Virus record (IMG/VR): IMGVR_UViG_2700989170_000005
Origin: a virus
Taxonomy: Duplodnaviria > Heunggongvirae > Uroviricota > Caudoviricetes
Strand: one strand, 5' to 3'
DNA: 8,881 bases
Every line of letters begins with the position of its first letter. Positions within the stretch are counted from its first letter, which is position 1. Under the pieces are notes generated by a model. It searched no databases and was not told the origin of the DNA. It was given only the letters and a program-made list of their open reading frames with translations. A program made the position numbers and the translations under genes. Below, one piece after another: positions 6,634 through 8,881 of this stretch.

Positions 6634-8544
6634 TCACTCCTCCGGACAGCTTCGCTGCCAGTTCTTCAAGGGTCGGTTGTGCAGTTGCATCCTTGCGGGA
6701 TGCAACTGCACAGCCAGATCAAGTTGCCAGCGTTGCACGGACACACGTAATGCCGCATAGGCATACACCAGGCAGTCCAGCGCTTCGTTACGCCGCTTTT
6801 TGTTATCCCACAACAGACGCATCTTTCCTTTTTCCCACTTTTCCACCAGTTCCTCCGCCACCAGTTGTTGTGCCTCTGTCTGCGAAAAAATCTCCGGATT
6901 ATCAGGAAAGCGGATGGCATACGATGTGGCCTCATTCACAGGGGTGGGATCGGCCTTCATTCGGGCATAGAGAATTTCTTTTGCGGTATCCGTCCCCACC
7001 TCACACAGATACACACCCCGCTGATTGCGGGTTTTCGGCATGGTGATCACCGGCTTGCCATAGACAGAGGCACCTTTTACCGGCAGTACCCGGAAAATAC
7101 CGTGTTTTTTTGACCTCTGATACACGATTTCGCCATCGATCCCCCCGATATCCCAGCAGACACGGGAAATGGTCATTTCGGTACCGTCTGCATGGCGGTA
7201 TTTTTTATTGATCGCCGCATCCACACGTAACAGCGTCTCTTCCTCATCAGGACGTCCCATGATGATGATTTTATCCACCAGAAAGGCTTCCTCTCCCGGA
7301 GCCCACCCCCAGACATACATCTCAAAACGGTTTCGCTGCGAGTCAATGCCCGCCGTCAGATAAACCACCCGGACAGGCACCGTTGCCGTGTAAGGCACAA
7401 CCTTATCCATCAGTACCTGGTGATCGAGTTTTTCGCCCACGGCCTCTTCCCAGGTCTCGCCCAGCGTGGTGTTCACAAAAGTTTTCACGCCGTTGGGATC
7501 TTTCAGTGCATCCAGCCAGTCACAGACTATCTGTACCCTGGTGGTGAACGGACTGTACGCCGTCCATATATGGAAAGTGATGGAGCGCGGCGGCGGAATT
7601 TCATTACCCGAAGCACTGAAAAACGTCAGACCGTCACACGTCCACATCCCGGTATTGTCACAAATCCAGCGCCCCCCGGTCTGATCAAGTTCAGACTGAC
7701 GGATCACGCAGCCATTATGTTCACACAGGTAATACACCGTTTCCGGTTTACCCTTCTCCCATTTCAGGCCAAACGACGTCGCATCATCGCCAAACTTCAG
7801 ATACTGCTCCTCCCCGCAATGAGGGCAAGGGACATAAAACCGCATGAAATGCGCAGATTCATTCGCAGCTTTTTCAATCTGACAGGAGCCTTTAATTTTT
7901 GGCGTTGAACCGCGTATGGATTTTGGCCATACCGAACCTTCAATACGTTTATCGCCAAGCAGTGTTGGCGAACCTTCTTTTTCCACATCCGGTTCAAACG
8001 AGGAGAGTTCGTCATAGCAGACCACATCGACAGATTTTTCACGGTAGTTTTTGGCAGCAGCACCACCCAAACACCAGAACCCCACACCAGAGGAAAAACG
8101 CTTCAGTGTGAGCGTATTATCCCGGTGTTTCCGGCCCAGCCAGGGAGAAAGTTTTTTCAGGCAAGGAACATCACGAATTGTTGCTTCCACGTGAGACTTC
8201 ATAAAATCTTCAGCAGCTGAGTCCGTCGGCTGAAAAAGAAGAGTGTTGCGGGATTTGTGCTCAATAAAATACCCGATCACACCAAGCACCATTTTTGTAT
8301 AACCAACACGGGCAGATTTAATCAGGTTAACTGTACGAATCTCGTCATTGCCCATGCAGTTCATGATGGCGACCTGAAACTGCAGCGTTTTCCATTCCCC
8401 CTCACCGTATGACGATTCTTTAGGCAGGTAATAATTTTGATCGGCCCATTCTACAGCCGTCACCGGCAATACCCTGACCAGTGGCTGCAGTGCGATAGTG
8501 ACTGCCACCATCATATTACTCAGTTGTTGTTCTGATATATTCAT
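6634..8544 (-). CDS. A: Terminase large subunit (lambda gpA-like), 636 aa from ATG at 8542-8544
   Basis: Minus-strand ORF. The track starts it at TTG 8601, but ATG 8542-8544 yields MNISEQQ.., matching the lambda gpA N-terminus MNISNSQ... Extensive colinear identity follows: TAVEWAD.NYYLPKES.Y.EG.W.TL.FQ.AIMN.MG.D.IR.VN..KSARVGY.KM.LGV..YFIEHK.RNTL, HRDNTLT.KRF..G.GFWCLGG.AAKNYREKSVDV..YDEL, SPT.LGDKRIEGSVWPKSIRGSTPK, HFMRF.V.CPHCGEEQYLKFGD, FYLCEHN.CVIRQ.ELD, TFHIWTAYSPFT, KTFVNTTLGETWE, YLTAGIDSQ, RSKKHG.FRV.P.KGASVYGKPV, TDTAKE, EAQQL.AEE.VEKW, DSKKRRNEALDC.VYA.AALR.S..RWQLDL. Confidence 0.95.
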   Translation of the reverse strand: MNISEQQLSNMMVAVTIALQPLVRVLPVTAVEWADQNYYLPKESSYGEGEWKTLQFQVAIMNCMGNDEIRTVNLIKSARVGYTKMVLGVIGYFIEHKSRNTLLFQPTDSAAEDFMKSHVEATIRDVPCLKKLSPWLGRKHRDNTLTLKRFSSGVGFWCLGGAAAKNYREKSVDVVCYDELSSFEPDVEKEGSPTLLGDKRIEGSVWPKSIRGSTPKIKGSCQIEKAANESAHFMRFYVPCPHCGEEQYLKFGDDATSFGLKWEKGKPETVYYLCEHNGCVIRQSELDQTGGRWICDNTGMWTCDGLTFFSASGNEIPPPRSITFHIWTAYSPFTTRVQIVCDWLDALKDPNGVKTFVNTTLGETWEEAVGEKLDHQVLMDKVVPYTATVPVRVVYLTAGIDSQRNRFEMYVWGWAPGEEAFLVDKIIIMGRPDEEETLLRVDAAINKKYRHADGTEMTISRVCWDIGGIDGEIVYQRSKKHGIFRVLPVKGASVYGKPVITMPKTRNQRGVYLCEVGTDTAKEILYARMKADPTPVNEATSYAIRFPDNPEIFSQTEAQQLVAEELVEKWEKGKMRLLWDNKKRRNEALDCLVYAYAALRVSVQRWQLDLAVQLHPARMQLHNRPLKNWQRSCPEE

Positions 8545-8839
8545 CGAGTAAATCCGGTAATTTATCCCCCGCACGCGCGCACTGATTCGCTCCCTTAGCA
8601 ATAAGGATTTTCAGATGATCAATATGACGCGGCGTTAAATCCGGGAACTGTCGTTGCATGGACAAAGGAATGGAGTCAAGCGTACTGGATAAAGCCATCG
8701 CCAGCTTACTAAGGGCAAAAATACAAAATCCGGTATCGATAAGATTTCCTTTTGACACCTGATTTTTTAACTGCTGTGCGACAGCCTGTTCTGCGGTCAG
8801 TTCCCATCTGGCAATGAGTAGTTTGAGGTGTACTGGCAA
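8516..8839 (-). CDS. nu1: Terminase small subunit (lambda Nu1-like), C-terminal terminase-interaction portion only (about 98 conserved aa); no credible start codon in the window; 5' part apparently out of frame or missing
   Basis: Minus-strand frame 8516..8839 translates to ..RWELTAEQAVAQQLKNQ.......TGFCIFALSKLA..L.S.LD.IPLS.QR.FP.L..RH.D.LK..I.K......A..D.L..LL.EYI, colinear with the C-terminal half of lambda Nu1 (..RHRLTRAQADAQELKNAR...ETAFCTFVLSRIAGEIASILDGLPLSVQRRFPELENRHVDFLKRDIIKAMNKAAALDELIPGLLSEYIEQSG). The stop TGA at 8516-8518 overlaps the 5' end of A by 29 nt, as Nu1/A overlap in lambda. The track's start is a TTG without Shine-Dalgarno; in-frame stops at 8849-8851 and 8867-8869 close the frame upstream. 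Confidence 0.7.
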   Translation of the reverse strand: MPVHLKLLIARWELTAEQAVAQQLKNQVSKGNLIDTGFCIFALSKLAMALSSTLDSIPLSMQRQFPDLTPRHIDHLKILIAKGANQCARAGDKLPDLLDEYIRTTTE

Positions 8840-8881
8840 TAGCGGACACTACCATTTGTTCTTTTTTTAAGCAGCCATCTG

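Noticed and set aside
1457-6935. Minus-strand ORFs nested out of frame within real genes (1457..1723, 1907..2104, 2213..2440, 4013..4204, 4625..4810, 5049..5396, 5680..5865, 5926..6123, 6166..6387, 6666..6935, 7797..8087)
   Set aside because: Alternative frames inside FI, E, C, B and A, with no independent support; the host frame carries the homology in every case.
79-8111. Numerous plus-strand ORFs in the track (e.g. 79..558, 676..1047, 1246..1773, 1770..2162, 2292..2813, 2892..3263, 4346..4813, 5396..5953, 5745..6176, 6693..7046, 7420..7908)
   Set aside because: All lie antisense to strongly conserved minus-strand structural genes. Their translations are Arg/Cys/His-rich and low-complexity, typical of antisense frames in GC-rich coding DNA, and none has a convincing Shine-Dalgarno or a protein I recognise.
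8545-8601. N-terminal extension of the terminase large subunit from a TTG at 8599-8601 (MLRERISARVRGINYRIYS-MNISEQ..)
   Set aside because: The ATG at 8542-8544 gives MNISEQQ.., matching the lambda gpA N-terminus MNIS... The extension would be translated from the overlapping end of nu1 and starts at a non-ATG codon.
1-8881. Mobile elements, tRNA or rRNA genes, integrase or att sites, toxin-antitoxin or defence cassettes
   Set aside because: I looked for non-syntenic insertions, terminal inverted repeats, tRNA-like cloverleaf-sized GC-rich segments and extra ORFs between structural genes. Gene order is uninterrupted lambda synteny with overlapping junctions, so there is nothing to support such calls in this window.

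Overview
The window is a contiguous, syntenic block of a lambda-like (lambdoid, enterobacterial-type) phage or prophage packaging, head and head-tail joining module, all encoded on the minus strand. In transcription order (high to low coordinates) it reads: nu1 (3' part only) - A (terminase large subunit) - W - B (portal) - C/nu3 (prohead protease and nested scaffold) - D (decoration) - E (major capsid) - FI - FII - Z - U, then the ribosome-binding site of the next gene (V, major tail) at the window start. Gene order, sizes and protein sequences match phage lambda gene for gene, at roughly 55-70% identity judged by eye against lambda proteins recalled from memory, so this is a lambda relative and not lambda itself. 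Genes are tightly packed with overlapping or abutting stop/start codons and no inserted accessory (moron) genes, so I do not see a novel defence or accessory system here. The points worth a second look are integrity and structural anomalies: (1) the portal gene is split by a +1 frameshift in an A6/T6 homopolymer; (2) a 177-nt run of N sits inside C/nu3, directly next to (3) an array of about 141-150 bp tandem repeats encoding a repeated scaffold-like motif; (4) the nu1 homolog's reading frame is closed by two stop codons just upstream of its conserved C-terminal domain; (5) a terminator-like hairpin follows the major capsid gene. All plus-strand ORFs in the track are antisense shadows of these genes. 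Host and exact phage identity cannot be determined without a database search.
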